Assembly: GCA_944381085.1 (NCBI GenBank)
Contig: CALWJX010000001.1
Span: 83,428-147,427, forward strand
Source of the DNA: an uncultured Clostridia bacterium
Lineage (GTDB): Bacteria; Bacillota; Clostridia; Oscillospirales; CAG-272
Reading direction: 5' to 3'
DNA length: 64,000 bases
Below, piece by piece: positions 29,223 through 39,826 of the stretch. The notes beneath the pieces were generated by a model. The model saw only the letters and a list, made by a program, of their open reading frames with translations, had not been told where the DNA came from and ran no database searches. Positions within the stretch are counted from its first letter, which is position 1. Each line of letters begins with the position of its first letter. The translations under genes and the position numbers were made by a program.

Positions 29223-32200
29223 GTGTTTTATTTGAAAATCAGGAAATTGGTTGTGGCGCTTCTTGCGTTTTCGTTTATGCTGTCGGTTTTTGCTCCCGCG
29301 CTGTTTGCCGTAAGCTTTATCGAGACCGAAGAACCCGACGACGCAAGCGTAAGCTTAGGAGGAGACGGGAATAACGCCATGCAGCTCAATCCGTCCGACG
29401 TTGTGGCTGTTCAGTTTTTCACCACGGCGGAGGTGCTTGCGTTGTCGTTCAGTATGCCGAGCTTTAACAATGACAGCGGCTCGGTAACGGTAGCTTTGTT
29501 TGAATTTAATGAGGACTATTTTAACACTGTTGAGGGAGTTGCGGTGGCGGAACATACCTTTGAAAACTTCAAGGACAATTCCGAGCTTACCATTCGTTTT
29601 GATGAGAACGACCCTTTGAGCGCCGGAGAATATTTGCTTGTGCTTTATGACGCGAAGGATGACAATCCAGGCAGCGGAGGAGGAACCGGCATCGGAATCT
29701 GGTACGGAGGAGGACATGAAAGCCAAAGATTTTACAATTCCATGCCTCTGAATATTCTGTATAAAAACCGACCCGAAAAGAATTATGAAATTCCGACGGT
29801 ACCGGAGATAGGAACGGATATAGACATGTCTCCCAAAATGGATTCCGTAATTTATTTTTCCGACCCGGATGAAGCGTCCAAAGCAAGCGCGGGAAACCAG
29901 ACTAAAGTGGAGTATACCGACGGATTTACACGGATTTCCACTTCAGGGGCGGCAAGCGACCCATATGCTTTTGTCGATCTGTCCTCCAAAGGCAGTGTGA
30001 TCGATACCGGTACATACAAGGCGGCGGTCATAAAAATGAGAAAAAGCGAAGGAGCGCCGTCGGCGTTTCAGGTGTTTTTCACAACTTCGGTCACCGGCTT
30101 GTCCGAAGCGGCTTCAATCAAAGCCAATTATAAGGATACGTCGGAGTGGCAATATGTAATTCTTAATTTCGCAACAAACGGTCTGTATACCGGCGAGCTC
30201 AAGTCGCTTCGTTGGGATATATTCCAGAGCACGGAAACCACGGCTTATGTGGATATTGATTATGTGGCTTTGTTTACCTGCGTGGAGGCCGCCGAGTCTT
30301 TTGCGGGGAATGATAATTTTGAAGATTTTGAAGAAACCGGGCAGGGTGGAGATGAAGGTATGGATAATGTCAAAGGCGTCGAAATAAAAGACCCGGATAC
30401 GACTCTTAAGCCGTATTTTGAGGAAAACGGTCAAAGATCTTTTTATGAGACGAGATATACTTATACTATGGATTTTACGGACAGTCTGCAGAATTATTCC
30501 GCGTCAAAGGGGTTCGGTTTTACCTCTATAGGAAATGCCTATATCAGTGAAGAAACGCTCAGATGCAGGGCGTTTACCGGTTTTTCACTGTATTCAAAGG
30601 AGATCTTAGGCGATAAATACGCTTTGACAGACGGAGTTCTTTCCTTTGATATGAATCTTGAGAGCGGCGATGTGACTGTCGGGACGAGGCTTTTGTACCA
30701 GAGCGATGATTTTGAAAAATCGGGTATTTATTTTAGGCTTACAAACGGCAGCGAGATAACCGTATCCGAGAAAAGCTCCGGTTGTGAGGTGACTGTAGAC
30801 GTCGGAAAGGATTTGTCCGGACTTCACTCATATTCGTTTAAGGACTGCCACGACGAAATATTGATTTGCTGCGACGATGAAGTGTTGCTTACTATAAAAT
30901 ATGACAGAACGGCAAAAGAATTTGAAGTCTTTGATTCTTCGGGCAAGTCTCACGGAAAATTTACAAGCGAAATTCTGCCCGAGTGCGGGTATTTTTCGGT
31001 TTCGTTCAACAGAATGAAGGGATATGTCGATAACATATCGTATAACAACAGTGTTATTACACAGAAGAGATTTACACCGGAATATGAGACAGACTACTCG
31101 ACCTGGGTAGCCACGGATGACCTTGACAGGACCACTCCGCTGAACCCGGATGCGGGAGACGCCAAGGAAAAGTATGTGGGGCTGTTTTACTTTATTTTTC
31201 ACTCGGACGATACGACAGGGAAGGTTATCAACGATGTGACGGAGATGTATCTTAACGGAGGGGCGCAGAATGTCACGGATACCTTGTCGTCATTCGCCGG
31301 CAGAAACGGCGCGTATTGGGCGGAGCCGTACTTTGGCTATTATACGAGCAACGACGTTTGGGTTTACAGGAAGCACGCAAGTATGCTGAGCGCCGCCGGA
31401 GTGGACTTTATATTCCTCGATTTGTCTAATAACAAATTTTATACAGAGCAGGTGACCTTGCTGTTTGACACCTGGTTACAGATGAGAAAAGAAGGCATGG
31501 ACACTCCGCAGATTTGTATGATGTTCGGAGATATGCCTTATACCACGCTCAACGGACTTTACACACTGCTCGACCCGATATACAACAATGAAGAATACAA
31601 GGAGCTTCTGTTCTGCTATGAAGGAAAGCCGCTGCTGCTCGGAAATACCGACACTCCCAAATCAAGAGAATGGACAAATTCGACGGGCACCACGCCGCAG
31701 AGTAAGGCGGAATATTTGAATCTGCTTGAGCAGAACCCCGAGGTCAAGGAATTTTATGAGAACGAGTATCAAAGCGTCCTTGAGCGATTCACAGTGCGCA
31801 AATGCTGGGCATGGCAGGCGGGTACGCATGACGGCTATTGGGATTGGCTGCAGGAGTCTCCGCAGGCATTGGGAACAGATTCTGAGGGAAATCCCGAACA
31901 GATTTCGGTAAGTCTCGGTGTTCACGCGCATACAAGCCGCGGCAGAAGCTATGTCAATTCTATGAACAATTACAATAAAGAGGGCGAATACGGTTTCAGG
32001 CTGACTTCAACCCCTTACGGGAAATTCTTGGAGGAACAGTTTGAGTATGCCTTGACTCAGGATGTAGACGTGCTTATGATTACCGGATGGAATGAATGGT
32101 ATGCAGGAGTGCAGTCCACCTCAAATCAGAATCAGACGACAGGTCAGACCCTGACTCCCGGATTTTATATGGTCGATCAGTGCTCTCCGGAATACAGCCG

Positions 32201-33116
32201 TGACGGAGAACCGATGAAGATACGCGACGGCGTGGGATTCGGAGACAACTATTATTATCAGATGGTGTCCTATATCCGTAAGTTCAAGGGTATAGACGAG
32301 GCTCAGAAAACGGTTAACGGCGGTACCGTGAACATGGGCGCTTCGGATATTGACGCTCAGTGGGAGGGTATAGGTCCGGTATTTACCGACGGAGTAAACG
32401 ATATTTCTTTCAGAAGCGAATATTCATGGGCAGGCAAATACCTTTATGTGAACAACACCGCGAGAAACGATATATCGTATGCCAAGATCTCTCAGGACAG
32501 CGAAAACATATATTTCTATGTAAGGACCGCGAACGACATGATAAACGTCGATTCCGAAGACTGGATGAATCTGTTTGTGGACATCGACTCCGACAACAGT
32601 ACCGGTTGGGAAGGTTTTGACTTCCGTATCAACAGCCAAAGAGAAGGAAATAAGACATCGGTGGAAAAATTTGTCGACGGAAAATGGGAATTTGAGTCGG
32701 TCGGGGAAGCAGATATGATTTTGGGTGATCGCAGTATAACCATAAGGGTATCCAAATCGATTTTAGGTGTAGGAAACGGAACCGAGGTTTCGTTCAATTT
32801 CAAGTGGGCGGACAATTCCGTGACCGACGGGGATGTGATGAAGTTCATGGAGCTGGGAGACGCCGCTCCGGATGACAGGTTCGCGTTTGCGTATACCGCA
32901 AACGGACTTGAGGACAACAGAGGAAAAAACGAAGAGAGCACAGGCGCGGAAACCGAGGGCGAAACAGGTACTTCGGATACCGAACCGGTTGACGATATCG
33001 GCGGTCAGAACGGCTGCAACGGGTGCAAATCTTCACTCGGCGCGGGAGTCGCTGCCGTGGCTTCAATCACCGCGGTCGGATGTGTATCGGCAGCCGGAAA
33101 GAAAAGAAAGAAATAA
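29223..33116 (+). CDS. Large secreted/cell-surface protein with GH99-like core and C-terminal hydrophobic anchor
   Basis: Has a signal peptide. The centre reads YWAEPYFGYYTSNDVWVYRKHASMLSAAGVDFIFLD ... ITGWNEWYAG, an endo-alpha-mannosidase-like pattern. The tail reads NGCNGCKSSLGAGVAAVASITAVGCVSAAGKKRKK. Confidence 0.7.
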   Translation: MFYLKIRKLVVALLAFSFMLSVFAPALFAVSFIETEEPDDASVSLGGDGNNAMQLNPSDVVAVQFFTTAEVLALSFSMPSFNNDSGSVTVALFEFNEDYFNTVEGVAVAEHTFENFKDNSELTIRFDENDPLSAGEYLLVLYDAKDDNPGSGGGTGIGIWYGGGHESQRFYNSMPLNILYKNRPEKNYEIPTVPEIGTDIDMSPKMDSVIYFSDPDEASKASAGNQTKVEYTDGFTRISTSGAASDPYAFVDLSSKGSVIDTGTYKAAVIKMRKSEGAPSAFQVFFTTSVTGLSEAASIKANYKDTSEWQYVILNFATNGLYTGELKSLRWDIFQSTETTAYVDIDYVALFTCVEAAESFAGNDNFEDFEETGQGGDEGMDNVKGVEIKDPDTTLKPYFEENGQRSFYETRYTYTMDFTDSLQNYSASKGFGFTSIGNAYISEETLRCRAFTGFSLYSKEILGDKYALTDGVLSFDMNLESGDVTVGTRLLYQSDDFEKSGIYFRLTNGSEITVSEKSSGCEVTVDVGKDLSGLHSYSFKDCHDEILICCDDEVLLTIKYDRTAKEFEVFDSSGKSHGKFTSEILPECGYFSVSFNRMKGYVDNISYNNSVITQKRFTPEYETDYSTWVATDDLDRTTPLNPDAGDAKEKYVGLFYFIFHSDDTTGKVINDVTEMYLNGGAQNVTDTLSSFAGRNGAYWAEPYFGYYTSNDVWVYRKHASMLSAAGVDFIFLDLSNNKFYTEQVTLLFDTWLQMRKEGMDTPQICMMFGDMPYTTLNGLYTLLDPIYNNEEYKELLFCYEGKPLLLGNTDTPKSREWTNSTGTTPQSKAEYLNLLEQNPEVKEFYENEYQSVLERFTVRKCWAWQAGTHDGYWDWLQESPQALGTDSEGNPEQISVSLGVHAHTSRGRSYVNSMNNYNKEGEYGFRLTSTPYGKFLEEQFEYALTQDVDVLMITGWNEWYAGVQSTSNQNQTTGQTLTPGFYMVDQCSPEYSRDGEPMKIRDGVGFGDNYYYQMVSYIRKFKGIDEAQKTVNGGTVNMGASDIDAQWEGIGPVFTDGVNDISFRSEYSWAGKYLYVNNTARNDISYAKISQDSENIYFYVRTANDMINVDSEDWMNLFVDIDSDNSTGWEGFDFRINSQREGNKTSVEKFVDGKWEFESVGEADMILGDRSITIRVSKSILGVGNGTEVSFNFKWADNSVTDGDVMKFMELGDAAPDDRFAFAYTANGLEDNRGKNEESTGAETEGETGTSDTEPVDDIGGQNGCNGCKSSLGAGVAAVASITAVGCVSAAGKKRKK

Positions 33117-33172
33117 ACGATTTTGTTTATGGGATATTTTGAAAATATGTCCGATTAAGTTAATTTGAAAAG

Positions 33173-33200
33173 CCGGCCCGGTTTTCCGAGCCGGTTTTTT
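33173..33200 (+). terminator. Intrinsic terminator
   Basis: CCGGCCCGG / CCGAGCCGG stem with one mismatch, TTTT loop, then TTTTTT. Confidence 0.75.
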
Positions 33201-33362
33201 CATGCGGAGCTACAACATATTGTCAAATATAAAAGCTTTAAAGGGCAATGTAAAGCCTGACTGTGCTGACAACTTACAGTATATGATGAATCACAAGGTC
33301 AAAAAATGTAATTTTGATTAAAAAAGTTTTACCGGATTTTAGTTTTAAGTTTAAAAATGATA

Positions 33363-33391
33363 TTGACAAAAAAAGAATTAAATGGTATAAT
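33363..33391 (+). promoter_or_regulatory. Consensus sigma-A promoter
   Basis: TTGACA (33363-33368), 17 nt, extended -10 TGgTATAAT (TATAAT at 33386-33391). Confidence 0.75.
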
Positions 33392-33401
33392 TTATAGCGT
33401 T

Positions 33402-33494
33402 GAAAAGGGAGTAGCCGACGGTATACCGCATTCGTGAGCGTCATTACGGAACTTTTTTCAGTTCTCGCTCCGGATTTAAACGGCAAGACTTTTG
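33402..33494 (+). ncRNA. Candidate yybP-ykoY-like (Mn2+) riboswitch aptamer
   Basis: Three blocks appear in the order I remember from the L. lactis Mn2+ riboswitch: AAAAGGGAGTAGCC (33403-33416), ATTCGTGAGCG...CGCTCCGG, and GGCAAGACTTTT (33482-33493). AAAAG/CTTTT can close P1. Confidence 0.5.
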
Positions 33495-33531
33495 CTTGCA
33501 CGACCGTGCGGACAAGGGTCTGTTTTTTTGT
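33486..33531 (+). terminator. Leader terminator (expression platform)
   Basis: AGAC..CTTGCAC GACC GTGCGGACAAG..GTCT hairpin followed by GTTTTTTTG. Its 5' arm overlaps the putative P1 3' strand. Confidence 0.6.
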
Positions 33532-33573
33532 ATACTTTAAGTGAGCGACTCTGTGAAAAAGGAGTGATAATTT

Positions 33574-34695
33574 TTGGATTTTTTCAGCGACTTGTTTTCC
33601 AACGTCCCCAATCTTTTCGGTGAAGGCGGCTGGAAATATGTGGTCATGTGGATTATCGGAGGCGTTCTGATTTTTCTTGCCATCAAGAAAAAAATGGAGC
33701 CTACATTGCTTCTTCCAATGGGATTCGGAGCCATTCTGGTGAACATCCCCATGTCGGGAGCGGTGGAAGCCGACGGCGCGATAAGTATTCTTTACAACGC
33801 GGGTATCGCCAATGAGCTTTTTCCTCTGCTGCTGTTCGTGGGAATCGGCGCGATGATAGATTTCGGTCCCCTGCTCTCAAACCCGAAGCTTATGATATTC
33901 GGCGCGGCGGCTCAGTTCGGTATATTCTTTACGCTGAGTCTGGCGTCGCTGTTCGGATTTGATCTGAATGACGCCGCGTCTATTTCGATAATCGGCGCCG
34001 CGGACGGACCCACCTCAATTTTTGTCGCCAATCTGTTGAATTCAAACTATAAGGGCGCGATAATGGTAGCGGCGTATTCTTACATGGCGCTGGTTCCGAT
34101 TATTCAGCCCCCGGTAATCAAGGCGATAACAAGCAAGAAAGAAAGACGTATTAAAATGCCGTACAAACCGGCAAACGTATCAAAGCTGACAAGAATCCTT
34201 TTCCCGATATTCATTACCGTTATTGTGGGAATCGTGTCTCCCAAGAGCGTTACTCTGGTCGGTTTTCTGATGTTCGGAAACCTCATTCGCGAATGCGGCG
34301 TGCTTGACAACCTCTCTGAAACCGCGCAGAATGTACTTGCTAATCTGATAACCATATTCCTCGGTATTTCCATATCCCTGAATCTTCAGGCTGAACAGTT
34401 TATCAAGGTAGAAACCTTTATAATTCTCGGCTTGGGACTTATCGCGTTTATTTTCGATACTTTCGGCGGCGTTATGGTTGCGAAATTCATAAATCTTTTC
34501 CTGAAGAACAAGATAAATCCCATGATAGGCGCGGCGGGAATATCCGCGTTCCCAATGTCGGCGCGTGTTGTTCATAAGATAGGACTTGAAGAGGACAACC
34601 AGAACTTTTTGCTTATGCATACCATAGGAGTAAATGTTTCCGGTCAGATAGCCTCGGTTATCGCGGGCGGACTTATACTCAATATGGTTATGTAA
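33574..34695 (+). CDS. Sodium-ion-translocating decarboxylase beta subunit (OadB/GcdB/MmdB family)
   Basis: 373 aa, polytopic. GAADGPTSIF and family-typical N-terminus. TTG start after AAAAGGAG. Confidence 0.9.
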   Translation: MDFFSDLFSNVPNLFGEGGWKYVVMWIIGGVLIFLAIKKKMEPTLLLPMGFGAILVNIPMSGAVEADGAISILYNAGIANELFPLLLFVGIGAMIDFGPLLSNPKLMIFGAAAQFGIFFTLSLASLFGFDLNDAASISIIGAADGPTSIFVANLLNSNYKGAIMVAAYSYMALVPIIQPPVIKAITSKKERRIKMPYKPANVSKLTRILFPIFITVIVGIVSPKSVTLVGFLMFGNLIRECGVLDNLSETAQNVLANLITIFLGISISLNLQAEQFIKVETFIILGLGLIAFIFDTFGGVMVAKFINLFLKNKINPMIGAAGISAFPMSARVVHKIGLEEDNQNFLLMHTIGVNVSGQIASVIAGGLILNMVM

Positions 34696-34719
34696 GTCCA
34701 AGGGGAGGTGTGTTGAAAT

Positions 34720-34998
34720 ATGAATAATGAATTTGTGTTTTTGTCGGAAACAGAAGCAAATACAAACTCCGAAACAGAGTCGGGATCACTTGAAAACGGC
34801 TCTCAGGAGTTGACAGAGGAAATTACCGATGCTACGATGAATTTCAGAATTGACGGTCAGGCTTTTGTCGACAGTCTTCCTATTATGGGAAAAGGAATGC
34901 TCGGAATTTTTCTCGTCACCGCGGTTATCGTAATAACTGTGGCTATACTCAATAAAGTGACCGGCAGAAAGAAAAAAAGCGAAAACAATGAGAGCTGA
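34720..34998 (+). CDS. OadG-like small membrane subunit
   Basis: 92 aa with a single TM (GMLGIFLVTAVIVITVAILNKV), immediately downstream of the beta subunit. Confidence 0.6.
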   Translation: MNNEFVFLSETEANTNSETESGSLENGSQELTEEITDATMNFRIDGQAFVDSLPIMGKGMLGIFLVTAVIVITVAILNKVTGRKKKSENNES

Positions 34999-35067
34999 CC
35001 CTTTCGTTATGAGCTTTGAATATATCAGTTTGTTTTCTGTCGGGAAAAAATTACATTAATAAAAAGA

Positions 35068-35120
35068 GCATATCCGGTGTTTCCGACAAATGGTCGGAAT
35101 ACCGGGTATGCCCGTTTTTG
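35068..35120. terminator. Long hairpin terminator between convergent genes
   Basis: GCATATCCGGTGTTTCCGAC aaatg GTCGGAATACCGGGTATGC followed by CCGTTTTT. Confidence 0.7.
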
Positions 35121-35144
35121 TATTTTTGAGGTGTTTTTATTTCT

Positions 35145-36224
35145 CTATGTGATTATTCCGCCGCCTATCACATATTCTCCGTCGTACATTACGGCGGATT
35201 GACCGGGGGCGGGAGCGCGCTGAGGGGAGTCGAACATGAGCGTTATTTCATCGTCTCCGGTCTGTTCGGCAAGCGCCGGTACAGCTCTCTGTCTGTACCT
35301 TACTTTTGCCGTAATTTTAATCGGAGAGGAGAGCTTGTCAAAGGGTATCAGATTTATATTTTTGATTACCACTCTGCTTTTAAACAGCCTGTCTTCGTCC
35401 CCGAGAGTAACTGTGTTGTTTTCAGGATTTTTGTCGCATACGAATATATGGCGACCCATGGATATTCCAAGCCCCTTTCTCTGACCGACGGTATAGTGAA
35501 TAACGCCCTTGTGAGTGCCGAGTATGTTGCCCTTCTCGTCAATATAATTTCCGGGCTTCGGTATGTATCCTGAATAATTTGTTATAAATGAAGCGTAGTC
35601 GCCGTCCGGAACAAAGCATATGTCCTGACTGTCGCTTTTGCGGGCGTTTATAAATCCCTTTTCCGAGGCTATGCTGCGAATTTCGGATTTTGTGTAATTT
35701 CCCAAAGGGAAGAGACAGCGTGAAAGCTTATTCTGGTCGAGCGACCAGAGCACGTATGATTGGTCTTTTGAAGAATCGGCGGCTTTTCTCAGCAGAAATC
35801 TCCCGTTTACGTCGCGTTCCGCTCGCGCGTAATGTCCCGTCGCGATAAAGTCGGCGCCGTCATTCTTTACTGCGTCAAGCAATGCTCCGAATTTAAGATA
35901 ACGGTTGCACTCTACACAGGGGTTGGGAGTTTTCCCGTTAATATACGAATTTACAAAGTTGTCTATTACGTTTTTCCTGAATTCGGTTTCAAAGTCATAT
36001 AATTTGTGGGGAATATTGAGGAAGCGGCATATTTTGGCGGCGTCCTGTATTTCCCGGTTTGCGTTGCCGTCGTTCGTAGTCACGCTTGGGTCGCACAGCT
36101 TCATTGTCGCTCCGAAAGCGTCATATCCCGCGTCAAGCACAAGATATGCGCATACCGAGCTGTCCACGCCTCCGCTCATCGCGACGGCCACTCTGTTTTG
36201 AAATTTATTTTGTGTTTTTTCCAT
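35145..36224 (-). CDS. mnmA: tRNA 2-thiouridine(34) synthase
   Basis: PP-loop VAVAMSGGVDSSV and a family-typical cysteine motif (NPCVECN), 359 aa. Confidence 0.95.
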   Translation of the reverse strand: MEKTQNKFQNRVAVAMSGGVDSSVCAYLVLDAGYDAFGATMKLCDPSVTTNDGNANREIQDAAKICRFLNIPHKLYDFETEFRKNVIDNFVNSYINGKTPNPCVECNRYLKFGALLDAVKNDGADFIATGHYARAERDVNGRFLLRKAADSSKDQSYVLWSLDQNKLSRCLFPLGNYTKSEIRSIASEKGFINARKSDSQDICFVPDGDYASFITNYSGYIPKPGNYIDEKGNILGTHKGVIHYTVGQRKGLGISMGRHIFVCDKNPENNTVTLGDEDRLFKSRVVIKNINLIPFDKLSSPIKITAKVRYRQRAVPALAEQTGDDEITLMFDSPQRAPAPGQSAVMYDGEYVIGGGIIT

Positions 36225-36231
36225 TTTTTGT

Positions 36232-36729
36232 TTACCATGTGTATTTCGTGAGGTTTCCGGTTTCCTTCATTCCGTAAAAATCCTTTTGACGAAGAACCTC
36301 GTAGACCGCGATTGCCACCGAGTTTGAAAGATTGAGAGAGCGAAGATTGTCTCTCATAGGTATTCTTACGCAGGTTTCCCGGTTTTTGTACAGCAGTTCC
36401 TCGGGAAGTCCTTTTGTTTCTTTGCCGAACATGAGCCATGTTTCGTCCGGGTATGACACATCGCAATAATTTTTGCGGGCTTTGGTGGAAAAGTAGTATA
36501 TTGTTATGCCCGGATGCTTTTCGTTGAAATCTTCTGTTCCGTCGTAATATGTGATATCAAGTTTGTCCCAGTAATCAAGACCGGCGCGCTTCAGTTTGGC
36601 GTTGTCGATTTTAAAACCCAGAGGTTTTATCAGATGAAGACAGGCTCCGGTGGCGGCACAGGTACGCGCGATATTGCCGGTATTCTGAGGAATTTCTGGT
36701 TCATGCAGAATTATATTGATTTTATACAT
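36232..36729 (-). CDS. trmL: SpoU-class tRNA 2'-O-methyltransferase (TrmL-like)
   Basis: 165 aa. NTGNIARTCAATG and LNLSNSVAIAVYE motifs. Confidence 0.85.
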   Translation of the reverse strand: MYKINIILHEPEIPQNTGNIARTCAATGACLHLIKPLGFKIDNAKLKRAGLDYWDKLDITYYDGTEDFNEKHPGITIYYFSTKARKNYCDVSYPDETWLMFGKETKGLPEELLYKNRETCVRIPMRDNLRSLNLSNSVAIAVYEVLRQKDFYGMKETGNLTKYTW

Positions 36730-37062
36730 AAAAAAGTGCCTTTCGGTTTCACGAAATTATTTTATTATGAAAGTATGACCTACTCATTATATATCAATTT
36801 TAAAATATTTGCAAGTATTTTCCGAAAATTTACAAAAAAAATGCTGTTTGGTATTAAATTTATAGTATAATAATCATTAATTGTATTTATATATAATTGT
36901 TGTGATTTTTGTTTTCAATAAGGGGAAAAGCCCCCTCATCAATGTTTTCGGTGAGAGATGTGTATCTTCGCTGAAAATTCAAGCGGCGCCCGCCTTTTTT
37001 TGAGGCGGGGGACATGTTAATTTAGTTATAAAACCGGTTTATCAGGGAGGACAGAATAATAT

Positions 37063-39825
37063 ATGGGACTCGGAAGCAAAATTTTTGGAACATACAGTGA
37101 CAGACAGATAAAAAAACTCGAAAAGACGGCAAGGCAGATTGAGGCGTTGGCGCCGAAGTATTCGGCGATGACCGACGCGGAACTGAAAGGAATGACGGAA
37201 AATTTCAAAAGACGTCTTTCGCTTGGGGAGTCGCTTGACGATATTCTCCCTGAGGCATTTGCGGCGGTAAGAGAAGCGGACGACAGAGTGCTGGGCAAAA
37301 GACCCTTCCATGTGCAGCTGCTCGGGGGAATCATACTTCACCAGGGAAGAATCGCGGAGATGAAGACCGGAGAGGGAAAGACGCTTGTCGCCACTCTTCC
37401 GGCTTATCTCAACGCGCTGAGCGGAAAGGGCGTTCATATCGTTACGGTAAACGATTATCTGGCGCGGCGTGACAGCGAGGAAATGGGAAGGGTTTACGGG
37501 TTCATGGGGCTCAGCACCGGGCTTATCGTGCACGGCGGAAACACCGCGGAAAAACAGGCGGCATATAACGCGGATATAACCTACGGGACAAACAATGAGT
37601 TCGGCTTCGACTATCTGAGGGACAACATGGTAATATATAAAGACCGCATGGTGCAGAGGGGGCACGTGTTTGCCATAGTGGACGAGGTTGACTCGATACT
37701 CATTGACGAGGCAAGAACGCCTTTGATAATATCGGGAGCGGGGGATGAGCCTACCGATATGTATGTAAAGGCGGATAAATTTGTGCGTACCCTGAAAAAA
37801 TATGTTATAAAGGAAATGGATACAAAGTCTGAGGACGACGATATAGACGCGGACTATATTGTTGACGAAAAGGCAAGAAACGCGGTTCTTACTCCCAGAG
37901 GAGCCAAAAAAGCCGAGTCGTTTTTCGGCGTTGAGAATTTTACCGACCCGGAAAATTCATCGCTTATGCATTATGTCAATCAGGCGATTAAAGCTCACGG
38001 AACAATGCACAGAGACCAGCAGTACGTCGTTACCGATAAGGGCGTTATAATCGTAGACGAGTTTACCGGACGTATGATGCCGGGAAGAAGGTATTCGGAC
38101 GGTCTGCACCAAGCCATTGAGGCAAAGGAAGGCGTGAATGTTGAAAAAGAGAACAAAACGCTTGCCACGATTACCTTTCAGAATTATTTCAGAATGTACG
38201 GGAAGCTGTCGGGTATGACGGGAACCGCGCTGACCGAAGAATCGGAATTCCGTGAGATTTATAAGCTCGACGTGGTGGAAGTTCCTACCAATAAGCCGAT
38301 GATAAGAGTCGATCACCCCGACCGTGTGTATAAGACCGTGAACGGAAAGTACAGAGCGGTTATACAGCAGATAAAGGAATGTCACGAAAAGGGTCAGCCT
38401 GTCCTTGTGGGAACCGTTTCTATAGACAAGTCGGAGGAATTGTCAAAAAGACTCAAGAACGCGGGCATAGCGCATACCGTGCTCAACGCCAAATATCATG
38501 AAAAAGAGGCGGAAATTGTCGCGCAGGCGGGAAAGTTCGGCGCGGTGACCATCTCGACCAATATGGCGGGAAGAGGAACCGATATTATGCTCGGCGGCAA
38601 TCCGGAATACATGGCGAAAGCCGAGATGCGCGCGCGGGGAACTGCGGAGGAACTCATTGTTCAGGCAAACGGAACCAATGAGACAGATGACGAAGAAGTA
38701 CTTGCCGCCAGAGCGTTGTACGACGAGCTTTATAATAAATTCAAGGAGGAGATCGCTCCGGAGGCTGAAAAAGTAAAAGCGGCGGGAGGACTTTTTATTC
38801 TCGGAACAGAGAGACACGAGAGCCGTCGTATAGACAATCAGTTGAGAGGACGTTCGGGAAGACAGGGGGATCCCGGCGAATCAAGATTCTACCTTTCTCT
38901 TGAGGACGATCTGATGAGACTGTTCGGGTCTGAGCGGGTGATTGGTATTATTGATAAAATGGGACTTGACGAGGATACTCCGATAGACGCGAGAATACTG
39001 TCAAATACCATTGAAAGCGCGCAGAAAAAAATAGAGGATAAGAACTTCAAACGCAGAAAATATGTATTGGCTTATGACGATGTGATGAATCAGCAGAGAA
39101 CCGTCATATATAAACAGCGCGCGGAAGTGCTTGACGGAGGAGACGGAATTGAGGAAACCATACGCAAGATGATACTTGCCAATGTGGACGAATGTATCGC
39201 GGCTCACACCTCGGAAGAAAATCCCGAAAACTGGGATTTTGAGGGGCTCCGCTCAAGTCTTATGTATCTCTGCACCGAGGATGATTTCCGGTATACCGAT
39301 GATGAGCTTAAAAAGCTCAAGAGAACAGATATAGAAGATCTGCTTGAAAAACGCGCCCTTAAGCTTTACAGTGAGAAAGAAGAGCTGTTCGGTCTTCAGA
39401 ATTTCCTTGAAATCGAAAGAGCGATACTTTTGCAGAATGTTGACCGCGCGTGGATGGAGCACATTGACGCCATGGATGACCTTAAGGATACCATTGGGCT
39501 TCAGGCTTATGCGCAGAGAGACCCGGTTACCGAATACAGGATAGTGGGCGGAGATATGTTCGACGCTATGGTTTCGGATATAAGAGGGAAGACTGTGCGA
39601 ATGGTGCTTTCGGTAGTTCCGAGACCCAAACAGGAATTCAAGCGTGTACAGGTGGCAAAGCCGATGAACGAGGGCTTTGAAGGCGGAGAGAAAAAACCTA
39701 AAAAGGTTGTCATCCGTCGTGAATCCTCAAAAATAGGCAGGAATGAGCCTTGTCCCTGCGGTTCAGGAAAAAAATACAAAAATTGCTGCGGCGCGGCTGC
39801 GAACAATGTAAACAGGGATAGTTGA
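37063..39825 (+). CDS. secA: Preprotein translocase ATPase SecA
   Basis: [43 protein letters not shown], and a C-terminal zinc finger [14 protein letters not shown]. Confidence 0.97.
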   Translation: MGLGSKIFGTYSDRQIKKLEKTARQIEALAPKYSAMTDAELKGMTENFKRRLSLGESLDDILPEAFAAVREADDRVLGKRPFHVQLLGGIILHQGRIAEMKTGEGKTLVATLPAYLNALSGKGVHIVTVNDYLARRDSEEMGRVYGFMGLSTGLIVHGGNTAEKQAAYNADITYGTNNEFGFDYLRDNMVIYKDRMVQRGHVFAIVDEVDSILIDEARTPLIISGAGDEPTDMYVKADKFVRTLKKYVIKEMDTKSEDDDIDADYIVDEKARNAVLTPRGAKKAESFFGVENFTDPENSSLMHYVNQAIKAHGTMHRDQQYVVTDKGVIIVDEFTGRMMPGRRYSDGLHQAIEAKEGVNVEKENKTLATITFQNYFRMYGKLSGMTGTALTEESEFREIYKLDVVEVPTNKPMIRVDHPDRVYKTVNGKYRAVIQQIKECHEKGQPVLVGTVSIDKSEELSKRLKNAGIAHTVLNAKYHEKEAEIVAQAGKFGAVTISTNMAGRGTDIMLGGNPEYMAKAEMRARGTAEELIVQANGTNETDDEEVLAARALYDELYNKFKEEIAPEAEKVKAAGGLFILGTERHESRRIDNQLRGRSGRQGDPGESRFYLSLEDDLMRLFGSERVIGIIDKMGLDEDTPIDARILSNTIESAQKKIEDKNFKRRKYVLAYDDVMNQQRTVIYKQRAEVLDGGDGIEETIRKMILANVDECIAAHTSEENPENWDFEGLRSSLMYLCTEDDFRYTDDELKKLKRTDIEDLLEKRALKLYSEKEELFGLQNFLEIERAILLQNVDRAWMEHIDAMDDLKDTIGLQAYAQRDPVTEYRIVGGDMFDAMVSDIRGKTVRMVLSVVPRPKQEFKRVQVAKPMNEGFEGGEKKPKKVVIRRESSKIGRNEPCPCGSGKKYKNCCGAAANNVNRDS

Positions 39826-39826
39826 G

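Noticed and set aside
36925-37015. Two hairpins in the secA 5' region (GGGGAAAAGCCCC and CCCGCCTTTTTTTGAGGCGGG)
   Set aside because: No T tract follows either hairpin and I recognise no known leader motif. This is insufficient to call a regulatory RNA.
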